DNA of 45,842 bases from NCBI RefSeq assembly GCF_002320515.1, contig NZ_DCJJ01000006.1, one strand, 5' to 3'. Shown here in pieces: positions 8,903-18,421 of the stretch. Source of the stretch: Dialister sp. UBA1703 (GTDB taxonomy: Bacteria > Bacillota > Negativicutes > Veillonellales > Dialisteraceae). The first letter of the stretch is position 1, and every line of letters starts with the position of its first letter. Below the pieces are notes generated by a model that saw only the letters and a list, made by a program, of their open reading frames with translations, did not search any database and was not told the DNA's origin. The translations under genes were made by a program, and so were the position numbers.

Positions 8903-10302
8903 TGAATCTTAACGAATATACAAATTTTCATTTTATCGGTATCGGCGGCATGGGCATGCGGGCCCTGGCTGAAATCCTGCTGGAAAAGGGGTATTCCGTT
9001 TCCGGCTCTGATATGGCCGACTCTCCGGTGCTTGAAAGTTTCCGGAAAAGAGGGGCTTCCATCTATATAGGCCATGATGCTTCCCATGTGAAAGGGGAGG
9101 GCTGCGTGGTCATTTCCTCCGCTATTTCCAAAGATAATCCGGAGCTTGTGGAAGCTGAAAAGAAGGGGCTTCCCGTATTCCACCGGTCCGATGTGCTGGC
9201 GGCCCTCCTGCTTGCGGGGAAGGGGATTTCCGTAGCCGGAGCCCACGGGAAATCCACCACCTCCGGCATGCTGGGACAGATTTTCTACGAAGCAGGCACA
9301 GACCCCACCATCGTGCTGGGAGCTGCGGCTGACTATATCCATGGAAACTCCATCTGCGGCAAAGGGGACTATGTGATTGCCGAAGCCGATGAAAGCGACG
9401 GCTCTTTCCTGAAATTTAAAAACTACCTGACCGTAGTGACCAATGTGGAAGATGACCATCTGGACCATTATGGCAGTGTGGAAAATATCCGCAGCGCCTT
9501 TGCGGAATTTATCAATCATATTTCCTACGATGACGGCGCCGCCTTCCTCTGCCTTGACAGCGAAGGGGTAAGGGCCATTCTTCCGAAAATTCATAAGAAG
9601 GTCATTACCTTCGGCCTGGATGAGAAGGCTGATGTGGCGGCCCTTCATCCCCGCTACGAAAACCGGTTCCTCTGCTACGATGCGAAGGTTTTCGGCAAGG
9701 TGCTTGGCACGGTACGTCTCCAGGTGCCGGGGCTTCACAATGTGCGGGACTCCCTGGGCGCCCTGGCGGCTGCCCTTTACTGCGGCATCCCCTTTGAAAA
9801 GGCGGCGGAATCCCTGTCCCGTTTCTGCGGCGTGAAGAGACGGTTTGAAACGAAGTTTAGAAGCGATGACCTTTGGATTGTGGACGACTATGCTCACCAT
9901 CCCACGGAAATCAAAGCCACCCTCAAAGCTGCCAGGGAAACGGGCAATCATCGGATTCTCTGCGCTTTCCAGCCTCACCGCTATTCCCGGACCAAACTGC
10001 TGAGGGATGAATTTGCAGAAGCCTTTGATGACGGCGATATCCTGTTCTTCACTGATATTTATGCAGCCAGTGAGGAAAAGATTCCCGGCGTGGACGGTCA
10101 TACCATTCCGGATGCCGTGAAGGCCCATATTCCTGAAAAGGATATCCGCTATGTGCCGTCGGTGGATGATGTGGCCCGTTCCATTTATGACATCCTTCAA
10201 AAGGGGGACCTGGTGATTACCATGGGTGCCGGCAGCATTACCAGGGCAGGCGGAATGCTGGTTCAGTTATTAAAAGAAAAGGGAATGCCAAGTGATAAAT
10301 AA
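8899..10302 (+). CDS. murC: UDP-MurNAc:L-Ala ligase MurC
   Basis: FIGIGGMGM, GAHGKSTT, EADESD, DDYAHHPTE, FQPHRYSR, MGAG; start could be ATG 8902. Confidence 0.97.
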   Translation: MMNLNEYTNFHFIGIGGMGMRALAEILLEKGYSVSGSDMADSPVLESFRKRGASIYIGHDASHVKGEGCVVISSAISKDNPELVEAEKKGLPVFHRSDVLAALLLAGKGISVAGAHGKSTTSGMLGQIFYEAGTDPTIVLGAAADYIHGNSICGKGDYVIAEADESDGSFLKFKNYLTVVTNVEDDHLDHYGSVENIRSAFAEFINHISYDDGAAFLCLDSEGVRAILPKIHKKVITFGLDEKADVAALHPRYENRFLCYDAKVFGKVLGTVRLQVPGLHNVRDSLGALAAALYCGIPFEKAAESLSRFCGVKRRFETKFRSDDLWIVDDYAHHPTEIKATLKAARETGNHRILCAFQPHRYSRTKLLRDEFAEAFDDGDILFFTDIYAASEEKIPGVDGHTIPDAVKAHIPEKDIRYVPSVDDVARSIYDILQKGDLVITMGAGSITRAGGMLVQLLKEKGMPSDK

Positions 10303-11227
10303 AGAAACGAAAATCGTGGTTCTTATGGGCGGTCCGTCCACGGAAGCGGAAGTTTCCAGAAATACGGGCAACGCCATTGCAGAGGCCCTGGAGTCCATCG
10401 GCTACAGGGTGATTCCTATGGAATATGATCCCCACCATGTGGTGGAAAACCTGAAAAAGGCAGGAGCGGAAGTGGTGTTTATCGCCCTTCACGGCAAGTA
10501 CGGAGAAGACGGCACCATCCAGAGCGTACTGGAGCTGGCCCGGATTCCCTACACCGGCTCCGGCGTCACTTCCTCCGCCATTACCATGGACAAAATCATG
10601 AGCAGCCACCTGTTCAAGCAGGCCGGCCTCCCCATGGCCCATTCCCGCCCCTACTTCCTGAAAGACGGGAAGGATGCGGTTATTTCTTCCATTCTTTCCG
10701 AATTTTCCTTCCCGGTGGTGCTGAAACCGGCCTGCGAAGGCTCCACCATCGGCATTGAAATCGTGAAGAACAAAGAAGATCTTCCTGCTGCTGTGGACAG
10801 GGTGTTCAAGGTGGAAGGACGGATCCTTGCAGAAGACTATCTGGCAGGCGGTGAATTCACCGTATCCGTGCTGGACGGCAGGGCTCTTCCGGTGATTGAA
10901 ATCTGTCCCCATTCCGGCCAGTATGATTACCATTCCAAGTACACCAAAGGCGCTACGGACTATATCGTGCCTGCTCCCATTTCCAAAGAGCTCTCAGAGG
11001 AAATGAGCCGCATTGCGGAAGAGGGCTACCGGATCTGCGAATGCAGCGGCGCCGTGCGCTTTGATTTCAAAACAGACGAAGAGGGGCATCCCTTTGTACT
11101 GGAAGCCAATTCCATTCCCGGCATGACTTCTACCAGCCTTGTGCCCAAGGCTGCTGCAGCGGATGGGATTTCCTTCCCCAGGCTCTGCGAAATGATACTG
11201 ATGGAAGCAGGCCTTGATAAAGTCTGA
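10292..11227 (+). CDS. ddl: D-alanine--D-alanine ligase
   Basis: GGPSTEAEVS, LHGKYGEDG, YTGS, MDK, YDYHSKY, EANSIPGMT. Confidence 0.96.
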   Translation: MINKETKIVVLMGGPSTEAEVSRNTGNAIAEALESIGYRVIPMEYDPHHVVENLKKAGAEVVFIALHGKYGEDGTIQSVLELARIPYTGSGVTSSAITMDKIMSSHLFKQAGLPMAHSRPYFLKDGKDAVISSILSEFSFPVVLKPACEGSTIGIEIVKNKEDLPAAVDRVFKVEGRILAEDYLAGGEFTVSVLDGRALPVIEICPHSGQYDYHSKYTKGATDYIVPAPISKELSEEMSRIAEEGYRICECSGAVRFDFKTDEEGHPFVLEANSIPGMTSTSLVPKAAAADGISFPRLCEMILMEAGLDKV

Positions 11228-11239
11228 CAGGACATCATT

Positions 11240-12088
11240 ATGGATAATTTTAAAAGTTTTAACGATTTCCTGAAGGAACAGCACGGAACCCCCGAGGGAT
11301 TTCACGAAAAGCCTAAGGTGGAGGCACCGCCGGAAGAGAAAGTAAGACGGCCGGTGAAGAAGCATAAATCGCCCATCCGCTCCCACGGAAGAGGAAAGGC
11401 CTATGCAGCTGGCGCCCTTGCAGCAGCGGCTGCTGTAACTCTTTCTCTCTTCTTCCTGCCCATCCCCCTGGGGTATATCGACCTTAAAGGCACCGATGTT
11501 CTTACGGTGGATGATGTTATTTTTGAGGGGCGCATCCGTGAGCCGGTGAACGTGCTGCAGGTGAGTTCGTCCAAACTGGAGGAACGGCTTTCCAAAGATA
11601 TCCGTCTGTCTGCCGTATCCGTAAGCCGGAGATTTCCCTTCGTACTGGAAGTGGATGTAATGGACCGGATACCCCTTGCTATCGTGCAGGACCAGTTCGG
11701 CTATGCGTTCCTTGATAAGGACGGCATGGTGATGGACACCACCCAGTCCATTAAGAAGGTCAATGTGCCGCTCATTACAGGAAAGAGGATGGGAAATCTT
11801 CTTCTCGGGGACTCGGTGGCCGGCGGCGAACTGGACTCGGCCCTGGATTTCCTGAACCATCTTTCCCCCGAAGGGCTTCGCGTTTTTTCGGAAATCAACA
11901 TAGGCAACGGGAATGACATCAAAGCCTATACCCGGGACGGCATTACAGTGCGTCTGGGCAGCGGCCCTGATATGGCGGGACAGGCCAGGCTGGCGGAAAA
12001 CATGGTAGGCGATGTGAAGGCCCGGGGACTTTCGGTGGAATACCTGGACGCCAATCCGGCATCTCCTTTCATCAAGCTGAAAAAATAA
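11240..12088 (+). CDS. ftsQ: Cell division protein FtsQ/DivIB
   Basis: Basic N-terminus, one TM, POTRA-like segment (VSRRFP..LEVDV.DRIP); located between ddl and ftsZ. Confidence 0.85.
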   Translation: MDNFKSFNDFLKEQHGTPEGFHEKPKVEAPPEEKVRRPVKKHKSPIRSHGRGKAYAAGALAAAAAVTLSLFFLPIPLGYIDLKGTDVLTVDDVIFEGRIREPVNVLQVSSSKLEERLSKDIRLSAVSVSRRFPFVLEVDVMDRIPLAIVQDQFGYAFLDKDGMVMDTTQSIKKVNVPLITGKRMGNLLLGDSVAGGELDSALDFLNHLSPEGLRVFSEINIGNGNDIKAYTRDGITVRLGSGPDMAGQARLAENMVGDVKARGLSVEYLDANPASPFIKLKK

Positions 12089-12248
12089 ATAAAAAACTGC
12101 CTCTTTCCCAGTAATAACTGTAGCGAACTTGTGCAAAGTATTGTACAATGTAAGATATGATTATCTTGATAAGAAGATGACTATCAGAATGAATAATGAA
12201 ACAAAAAGTCAATCTCATGACGCAGAGGATCCTAAAGGAGGAGCGAAC

Positions 12249-13283
12249 ATGGAACAGTCTGAAATTGCTAAAATTAAAGTAATCGGTGTAGGCGGCGGCG
12301 GAAATAACGCTGTCAACCGTATGATTGATGAAGAAGTAAAGGGCGTTGAATTCATCGCTGTCAATACAGAACTGCAGGTACTGAACAAGTCTGAAGCGGA
12401 AACCAAGATTCAGATCGGCGAAAAGCTGACCAAAGGTCTTGGCGCCGGCGCAAAACCGGAAGTAGGGGAACAGGCTGCGGAAGAATCCCGCGAAGACCTG
12501 ACCAAAGCTTTAACCGGCGCAGACATGGTATTCGTCACTGCCGGCATGGGCGGCGGCACCGGCACCGGCGCAGCTCCTGTAGCTGCACAGTGCGCCAGGG
12601 AACTGGGTGCTCTCACCATTGCCGTAGTCACCAAACCTTTCAGCTTTGAAGGCAAAGTGAGAGCCAAGAATGCGGCCGAAGGCATTGAAAGACTGAAACA
12701 GAACGTCGATGCCATCCTGGTCGTTCCGAACGACAAACTGATGAGCATTATCGATAAGAAAACATCCATTAAAGATGCTTTCAAAACGGCAGACGATGTA
12801 CTCCGCCAGGGCATCCAGGGTATTTCCGACCTCATTACCGTACCGGGCATTATCAATCTGGACTTTGCGGACGTGAGAACCATTATGAGCGACCAGGGGG
12901 ATGCCCTCATGGGTATCGGCATCGGCACCGGCGACAACCGTGCCAGCGATGCAGCAACCATGGCCATCAACAGCCCCCTGCTTGAAAGAAGCATCGAAGG
13001 CGCCAAGGGCATCATCATCAACATTACAGGCAACGAAGACCTGGGCCTCTTTGAAATCAATGAAGCTTCCCAGATTATTACAGAAGCGGCAGATCCCGAT
13101 GCCAACATCATCTGGGGTACTTCCGTAGATCCGGATTTGGACAATGATACAGTGAAGATTACTGTTATTGCCACCGGTTTCGGCGACAAGAAGAAATCTC
13201 CGGCTCCTGCCGGCGGCAACCGTTTCAGCAATGCGGTACGCCCGGCAACAGGCATCGCGGTTCCTGAATTTCTGAGAAAATAA
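12249..13283 (+). CDS. ftsZ: Cell division protein FtsZ
   Basis: [15 protein letters not shown] tubulin signature, NLDFAD, C-terminal VPEFLRK; AGGAGG RBS before ATG 12249. Confidence 0.99.
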   Translation: MEQSEIAKIKVIGVGGGGNNAVNRMIDEEVKGVEFIAVNTELQVLNKSEAETKIQIGEKLTKGLGAGAKPEVGEQAAEESREDLTKALTGADMVFVTAGMGGGTGTGAAPVAAQCARELGALTIAVVTKPFSFEGKVRAKNAAEGIERLKQNVDAILVVPNDKLMSIIDKKTSIKDAFKTADDVLRQGIQGISDLITVPGIINLDFADVRTIMSDQGDALMGIGIGTGDNRASDAATMAINSPLLERSIEGAKGIIINITGNEDLGLFEINEASQIITEAADPDANIIWGTSVDPDLDNDTVKITVIATGFGDKKKSPAPAGGNRFSNAVRPATGIAVPEFLRK

Positions 13284-13390
13284 GACTGACTCAAGGTCCC
13301 GGGCCGGATGGGGAAAAGTGATTGTATGATTCAGAGTTTCCCCCATGTCTGATTACAGAGAAAACCGCCGACGGGACATCAGATTTACAG

Positions 13391-13422
13391 AAAGCCACAC
13401 CGCAGATGCAGTGTGGCTTTTT
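13391..13422 (+). terminator. Intrinsic terminator after ftsZ
   Basis: AAAGCCACAC-N10-GTGTGGCTTT followed by further T residues. Confidence 0.75.
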
Positions 13423-13483
13423 CTTCCCATTCAAAAACGGGGCCTGTACCGGTTTCCGCTTTTTCCCGGCAAGGAGAATGATT

Positions 13484-13948
13484 ATGAAATGTCCCTACTG
13501 CAGCAGCCCTGATACCAAAGTAACCGATTCCCGTGATACCGACGACGGCGCGTCTATCCGCCGGCGCCGCCAGTGCCTGGCTTGCGGGCGGCGCTTTACC
13601 ACCTATGAAACCATCGAACAGCTTCCCCTCCGGGTCATCAAGAAAAACGGCAGCCGGGAACTGTTTGACAGGAGCAAGCTGAGAAGCGGCCTTATCAGGG
13701 CCTGTGAAAAAAGAAATATTACCTCCGCCCAGATCGAAGACATAGTGAATCGGGTGGAAAAGAAAATCCGGAATGAATTGAAGCAGGAAGTTTCTTCAGT
13801 GGAAATCGGCAATCTGGTGATGAATGAGCTGAAAAGTCTGGACCAGGTAGCCTATGTGCGCTTTGCTTCCGTGTACAGGGAATTCAAGGATATCGGGAGC
13901 TTTATGAATGAACTGGAAACGCTGATGAAGAATCACAAGGGACAATGA
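13484..13948 (+). CDS. nrdR: Transcriptional repressor NrdR
   Basis: MKCPYC zinc ribbon, IRRRRQC..C.RRFTTYE, ATP cone, AYVRFASVY; AGGAG RBS. Confidence 0.98.
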   Translation: MKCPYCSSPDTKVTDSRDTDDGASIRRRRQCLACGRRFTTYETIEQLPLRVIKKNGSRELFDRSKLRSGLIRACEKRNITSAQIEDIVNRVEKKIRNELKQEVSSVEIGNLVMNELKSLDQVAYVRFASVYREFKDIGSFMNELETLMKNHKGQ

Positions 13949-14013
13949 TTCCATGGGTCCTTCGCTTTTTGAAAATATTTGGTATTCCATTTCTCCGGAG
14001 AAGGAGGATATGA

Positions 14014-14586
14014 ATGAACATTAAAACCATAGAAACTGTTTTTGACGACCATGGTAAGGTGCTGGAAAAAAGCAGGGCTTTATTTCCCGTCATCCTTTCC
14101 ATGGCAGATATCTGCCGGAAGGCCCTGGAAAGCGGCCATAAGATACTTATCTGCGGCAACGGCGGAAGCGCCGCCGATGCCCAGCATATAGCCGCTGAAT
14201 TTGTGGGCCGTTTTCACAATGAACGGATGTCCCTTCCTTCCATTGCCCTTACAACCGATACATCCATCCTTACCGCCGTGGCCAATGACTACAGCTATGA
14301 CTACGTGTTTGCCCGTCAGGTGGAAGGCCTTGGAAATGAAGGGGATGTGCTCTGGGGGATTTCCACCAGCGGGAATAGCAGAAATGTGAATGAAGCCTTG
14401 AAAACGGCAGCAAGTAAAGGGCTGGTTAGCATCGGTTCCACCGGCAAGACCGGAGGCGAAATGGTTTCCCTCTGCCGGGAAACGCTGGTGGTGCCTTCTG
14501 ATGTAACCGCAAGAATCCAGGAAATCCACATGCTTTCCGCCCACATTATCTGCCAGCTCATTGATGATATGGACTGGAAGAAATGA
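14014..14586 (+). CDS. gmhA: Phosphoheptose isomerase
   Basis: CGNGGSAADAQHIAAE, ANDY, STSGNS, RIQEIH. Confidence 0.95.
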   Translation: MNIKTIETVFDDHGKVLEKSRALFPVILSMADICRKALESGHKILICGNGGSAADAQHIAAEFVGRFHNERMSLPSIALTTDTSILTAVANDYSYDYVFARQVEGLGNEGDVLWGISTSGNSRNVNEALKTAASKGLVSIGSTGKTGGEMVSLCRETLVVPSDVTARIQEIHMLSAHIICQLIDDMDWKK

Positions 14587-15089
14587 AAAGGAAGGCCATA
14601 TTTTTTGACCGGGACGGCGTATTGAATGAAGACACCGGATACCTCCATTCCATGAAGGACCTCATCTGGGTGGAAGGGGCCAGGAAAGCGGCGGCCCGTC
14701 TTACAAAGGAAGGCTGGCTTCTTTTCGTGGTGACCAACCAGAGCGGCGTGGCCAGGGGGTATTATACGGAAGAGGATGTCATCCGGCTCCATGAGGCAAT
14801 GAATGAGGAAATAGGAAAATTCGGCGGAAGGATTACGGAATTTTTCTATTGTCCCCATCTGCCGGGAGCTCCCATCGCCCGCTACGACAGGGTATGCACC
14901 TGCCGGAAGCCCGCGCCGGGCATGATTCTTACCGCCCTGTCCAGGTACGGTTTGGACAGGGACCGCTGCTTTCTCTTCGGCGATGGTGAAAGGGACATAG
15001 AGGCAGCCCGGCAGGCGGGAATCAGGGGATTCCTCTTTCCCGGTGGCAATCTGGACGATTTCATCAGAAAAGTACTGCCCCCCCTGTAA
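14583..15089 (+). CDS. gmhB: D,D-heptose 1,7-bisphosphate phosphatase (HAD)
   Basis: DRDGVLN, TNQSG, CPH...CTCRKP zinc motif, GD; ATGA overlap with gmhA. Confidence 0.92.
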   Translation: MKRKAIFFDRDGVLNEDTGYLHSMKDLIWVEGARKAAARLTKEGWLLFVVTNQSGVARGYYTEEDVIRLHEAMNEEIGKFGGRITEFFYCPHLPGAPIARYDRVCTCRKPAPGMILTALSRYGLDRDRCFLFGDGERDIEAARQAGIRGFLFPGGNLDDFIRKVLPPL

Positions 15090-15098
15090 AGGATTAAA

Positions 15099-16142
15099 AT
15101 GAAAAAAGACTATCAAAACATTCTGATTATAAAAATGAGCTCCCTGGGGGATATTATTCATGCTCTGCCTTCCCTCTACGTGCTCCGCAAGAGCTATCCC
15201 AAGGCCCGGATTACCTGGGCGGTGCATCCTGCCTTCGCCGGTATTCTTCCGGGAAAGCCCTGGATAGATGAAATCTACCTGGTGGACAGGAAGCGGATCC
15301 GTGAGCTTTCCTACCTTCGGGAAGTGCACCGGGATCTCAAGGCAAGACATTTTGATCTGGTCATTGACCTGCAGATGATTGCCAAAAGCGCCATTATTTC
15401 CTTCCTGTCCGGATGCAGCCATCGTATCGGCTACCAGGACGGCAGGGAAGGAAGCTTTCTTGCCAGCCGCCCTATCAGCGGCCCTCACAGGAAGGGACAT
15501 ATTATCGAACAGCTTCTGGATGTTATGCGCTACCTGGGCTGCGACGTGCCGGATATTGAATTCCCTCTCCATGACTTCAGCCATGAACGGGACCAGGTGA
15601 AAAAAATGCTTTCGGAAGAAGGCATAGAAGGCCCCTATGTGGTGCTTGTTCCCGGTACCAGGGGAGAGGCCAAGAAGTGGCCCGTTCCCTTCTGGGGAAA
15701 GCTGGCAGATGAGCTTTCCAAACGGGGCATTTACAATGTGATTTCCGGCACAGCAGGGGAAATGGAAATGGGAAAGGCCATTAAGGAACTTTCTCCTTCC
15801 TCCCATACGGTGAATTTGATGGGAAAGACAAACCTTCTCCAGCTGGCGGCGCTGGAACGACTGGCATCGCTCCATATCTCCAGCGACACAGGCCCCCTTC
15901 ATATAGCCAATGCGGTGCATACACCCATCCTGGCGCTCTTCGGGCCCACCCTTCCGGACAGGAGCGGCCCCTACGGCAATCCGGACAGCCATGTGCTTCT
16001 GGCAAATCACCCGGGAACAAAGGAATGCCGTATGGATACCATCCCTGTGGAAAAGGTGCTTCATAAGGCCCTTGACATATTGGAATCAGACATAGAGGAA
16101 CATGATGGAACATATTACCAGCCGCAGCAACCGGTGGATTAA
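15099..16142 (+). CDS. GT9 lipopolysaccharide heptosyltransferase (WaaC/WaaF-like)
   Basis: SSLGDIIH, IDLQ, KKWP, DTGPLHIA, ALFGPT; next to gmhA and gmhB. Confidence 0.88.
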   Translation: MKKDYQNILIIKMSSLGDIIHALPSLYVLRKSYPKARITWAVHPAFAGILPGKPWIDEIYLVDRKRIRELSYLREVHRDLKARHFDLVIDLQMIAKSAIISFLSGCSHRIGYQDGREGSFLASRPISGPHRKGHIIEQLLDVMRYLGCDVPDIEFPLHDFSHERDQVKKMLSEEGIEGPYVVLVPGTRGEAKKWPVPFWGKLADELSKRGIYNVISGTAGEMEMGKAIKELSPSSHTVNLMGKTNLLQLAALERLASLHISSDTGPLHIANAVHTPILALFGPTLPDRSGPYGNPDSHVLLANHPGTKECRMDTIPVEKVLHKALDILESDIEEHDGTYYQPQQPVD

Positions 16143-16896
16143 ACTGGCTCTCCGGTTAAAACAGAAGAAGTGGCGGGACAGGGAAGGACTCTTCCTTTTA
16201 GAAGGACTCCGGGGCGTGACCGATGTCCTTTCACAGCACGTCCGGGACGCTCTCTGCTTTGTGGAGGAAGGGCGATTCCCTGATGAAACGGTGGAAGACC
16301 TTGTGCAGGAAGGGAAAAAACTGCACTGGCTCTTTCTTTCCGTGGATGAAGACATGATGAAACTTCTGTCCGGCACGGAACATGGCCAGGGCATTCTTCT
16401 CATCTGTCATAAACAGAACCATGACAAGAAGGAACTTCTCCGCCCCCTGGACGGGTACTATGTGGTTCTTGACTCCGTGCAGGATCCGGGTAATATGGGA
16501 ACCATTGTGAGGACCTCGGCGGCAGCAGGCATTAAAGGGCTGATTCTCACAGAAGGATGTACCGACATATATGCGGAAAAAGTGGTACGGAGTTCCATGG
16601 GATCTATCCTCCGCCTGCCCATATACGAAGGGGTGGACATTTCCTTTTTAAAGGATATGAAAGAACGCTCCGGTCTTCCTTTTTATGGTACGGCCTTGCA
16701 GAATGGAAGGCCCTATAAGGAAATCGGCCCGGTGGAAAAGGGCGTATTTCTTTTCGGAAACGAAGGAAACGGCATAAGGGATGATATCCTTTCCATGACC
16801 GATGAAAATCTGTATATCCCTCTTCCCGGCCATGTGGAGTCCCTTAATGTGTCCATTGCGGCTGCGGTGATGTTATTTCATTTTATCAATCCCTGA
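16102..16896 (+). CDS. TrmH/SpoU family RNA methyltransferase
   Basis: QDPGNMGTIVR, GNEGNG, ESLNVS SPOUT motifs; start may be 16105. Confidence 0.92.
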   Translation: MMEHITSRSNRWIKLALRLKQKKWRDREGLFLLEGLRGVTDVLSQHVRDALCFVEEGRFPDETVEDLVQEGKKLHWLFLSVDEDMMKLLSGTEHGQGILLICHKQNHDKKELLRPLDGYYVVLDSVQDPGNMGTIVRTSAAAGIKGLILTEGCTDIYAEKVVRSSMGSILRLPIYEGVDISFLKDMKERSGLPFYGTALQNGRPYKEIGPVEKGVFLFGNEGNGIRDDILSMTDENLYIPLPGHVESLNVSIAAAVMLFHFINP

Positions 16897-17042
16897 AAAT
16901 TTCTATCAATAAGGAAGCGCTGATTCAATGACTGTCTGCTTTGATTCCTGATTTTTTATGCAGTGCAGGGAATGAACCGGTGCTTCCGTAATGAACGCCC
17001 TTTTCCCTGCAGTAAGCAGGGGTTTGGGATAATGAGGCAGCT

Positions 17043-17906
17043 ATGGTTAAGAAATTGATTGTGAATGCCGATGATTTCGGCATTCACAGTGCAGTAAACA
17101 AAGGGGTGTGCCGGGGTTTTGAGTCCGGTATACTCACAAGTACATCCCTCATGGCAGGAGGGGCTGCTTTTGATGAGGCAGTTCATCTGGCCCGTGATTT
17201 GGATGGAATCGGTATCGGTATCCATCTCACCCTGGTGGGGGGCCTTCCCACCGTGCTTCCCCCGGAAGAAGTGCCCAGCCTTACCTGGGAAAACCGCCGT
17301 CTATGCACAGACTACGTTGAACTGATCAAGCGGGATATGAATGGCCTTGTCCTAATGGACGATGTATATCGTGAATGGGATGCCCAGATACAGAAAATTC
17401 TGGATACAGGACTTCCTGTAACCCATATAGACGGCCATCAGCATATGCATATGTGGAATCATTTTTTCCCCATTGCCCTTACGCTGGCTAAAAAATACCA
17501 TATTTCCTGCATGAGAGTGCCTGACGAAAAAGTTTTCTTCGGTTTTACACCAACGCCTAAAGGACTCTTCCGTTTTGCAGCGAAAAACGGCCTGTCCTTT
17601 ATGGCGCGGAGCCACCGCCATGCGCTGAAAGAGGCGGGAATACAGACGAACGACCATTTCTGGGGTATGATGTACGGCGGCCATTTTTATGAACACCGCA
17701 TGATTTCCATCCTTCACCGCATGGGGGATGGGGTATCGGAAATCATGTGCCATCCTTCTGCCGATGCAGCAGCCATGGAAAGAACCTTCCACTGGGGCTA
17801 TGAGGGGGAGGAAGAATTAAAAAGTCTCACATCCGCTTCTGTGCGGAATGTTTTGAATGAAAGGAAGATACAGCTCGTTTCCTATCAGGAACTCAGGAAA
17901 AGCTGA
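17043..17906 (+). CDS. YdjC/ChbG/HpnK family carbohydrate deacetylase
   Basis: NADDFG, GIHLTL, HIDGHQH, EIMCHP. Confidence 0.9.
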   Translation: MVKKLIVNADDFGIHSAVNKGVCRGFESGILTSTSLMAGGAAFDEAVHLARDLDGIGIGIHLTLVGGLPTVLPPEEVPSLTWENRRLCTDYVELIKRDMNGLVLMDDVYREWDAQIQKILDTGLPVTHIDGHQHMHMWNHFFPIALTLAKKYHISCMRVPDEKVFFGFTPTPKGLFRFAAKNGLSFMARSHRHALKEAGIQTNDHFWGMMYGGHFYEHRMISILHRMGDGVSEIMCHPSADAAAMERTFHWGYEGEEELKSLTSASVRNVLNERKIQLVSYQELRKS

Positions 17907-17968
17907 TGATATCCGGGCACTTCTCTTTCTTTATTTACTATGCCCATAGCGGCTGAGGAGTGGCTTAT

Positions 17969-18421
17969 ATGACAAAAGAACAACAGTTTTATCTGGTGGA
18001 TTTTTCAATCCTGCCGGAAGCGATCAAGAAAACGATCCGGGTGAAGGAAATGCTCAAAAGCGGCTCTTCCGGAACGATTAATGAAGCGGTCCATAAGGTG
18101 AACATGAGCCGCAGTGCCTATTATAAGTATAAAGACCATGTTGCCTCTGCAGATGATGACAAAGAGGACCGGGTTGTAGTATTATTTATAATCATGCAGG
18201 ATGATATGGCCGTGTTTGGGAGAATTCTCCGGCGCATTGCCAAAGAGAAGCAGGAAGTTCTTTCTGTTAACCGGACAAAGATTTCTGAAAAGCTGTATTC
18301 CTCCGTCATTACCCTGAAAACGAAGGAATCGGCGGGAGATATGGAGTCTCTGTATGAAGCCTTGAAAGAAACAAAAGGAATCCAGTCGTTGACCATGAAA
18401 ATAGGGGGAGAATTTAAATGA
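17969..18421 (+). CDS. thrR: ACT-domain regulator, ThrR (PheB/YszB)-like
   Basis: LPEA..K...VK, SRSAYYKYKD HTH plus C-terminal ACT domain; directly upstream of hom; GAGGAG RBS. Confidence 0.8.
   Translation: MTKEQQFYLVDFSILPEAIKKTIRVKEMLKSGSSGTINEAVHKVNMSRSAYYKYKDHVASADDDKEDRVVVLFIIMQDDMAVFGRILRRIAKEKQEVLSVNRTKISEKLYSSVITLKTKESAGDMESLYEALKETKGIQSLTMKIGGEFK

Noticed and set aside
12129-12248. N-terminal extensions given by the ORF track (ftsZ; also nrdR, csp, proB, nadD, yqeK, ftsX)
   Set aside because: Downstream ATGs match the family N-termini and mostly have proper RBSs
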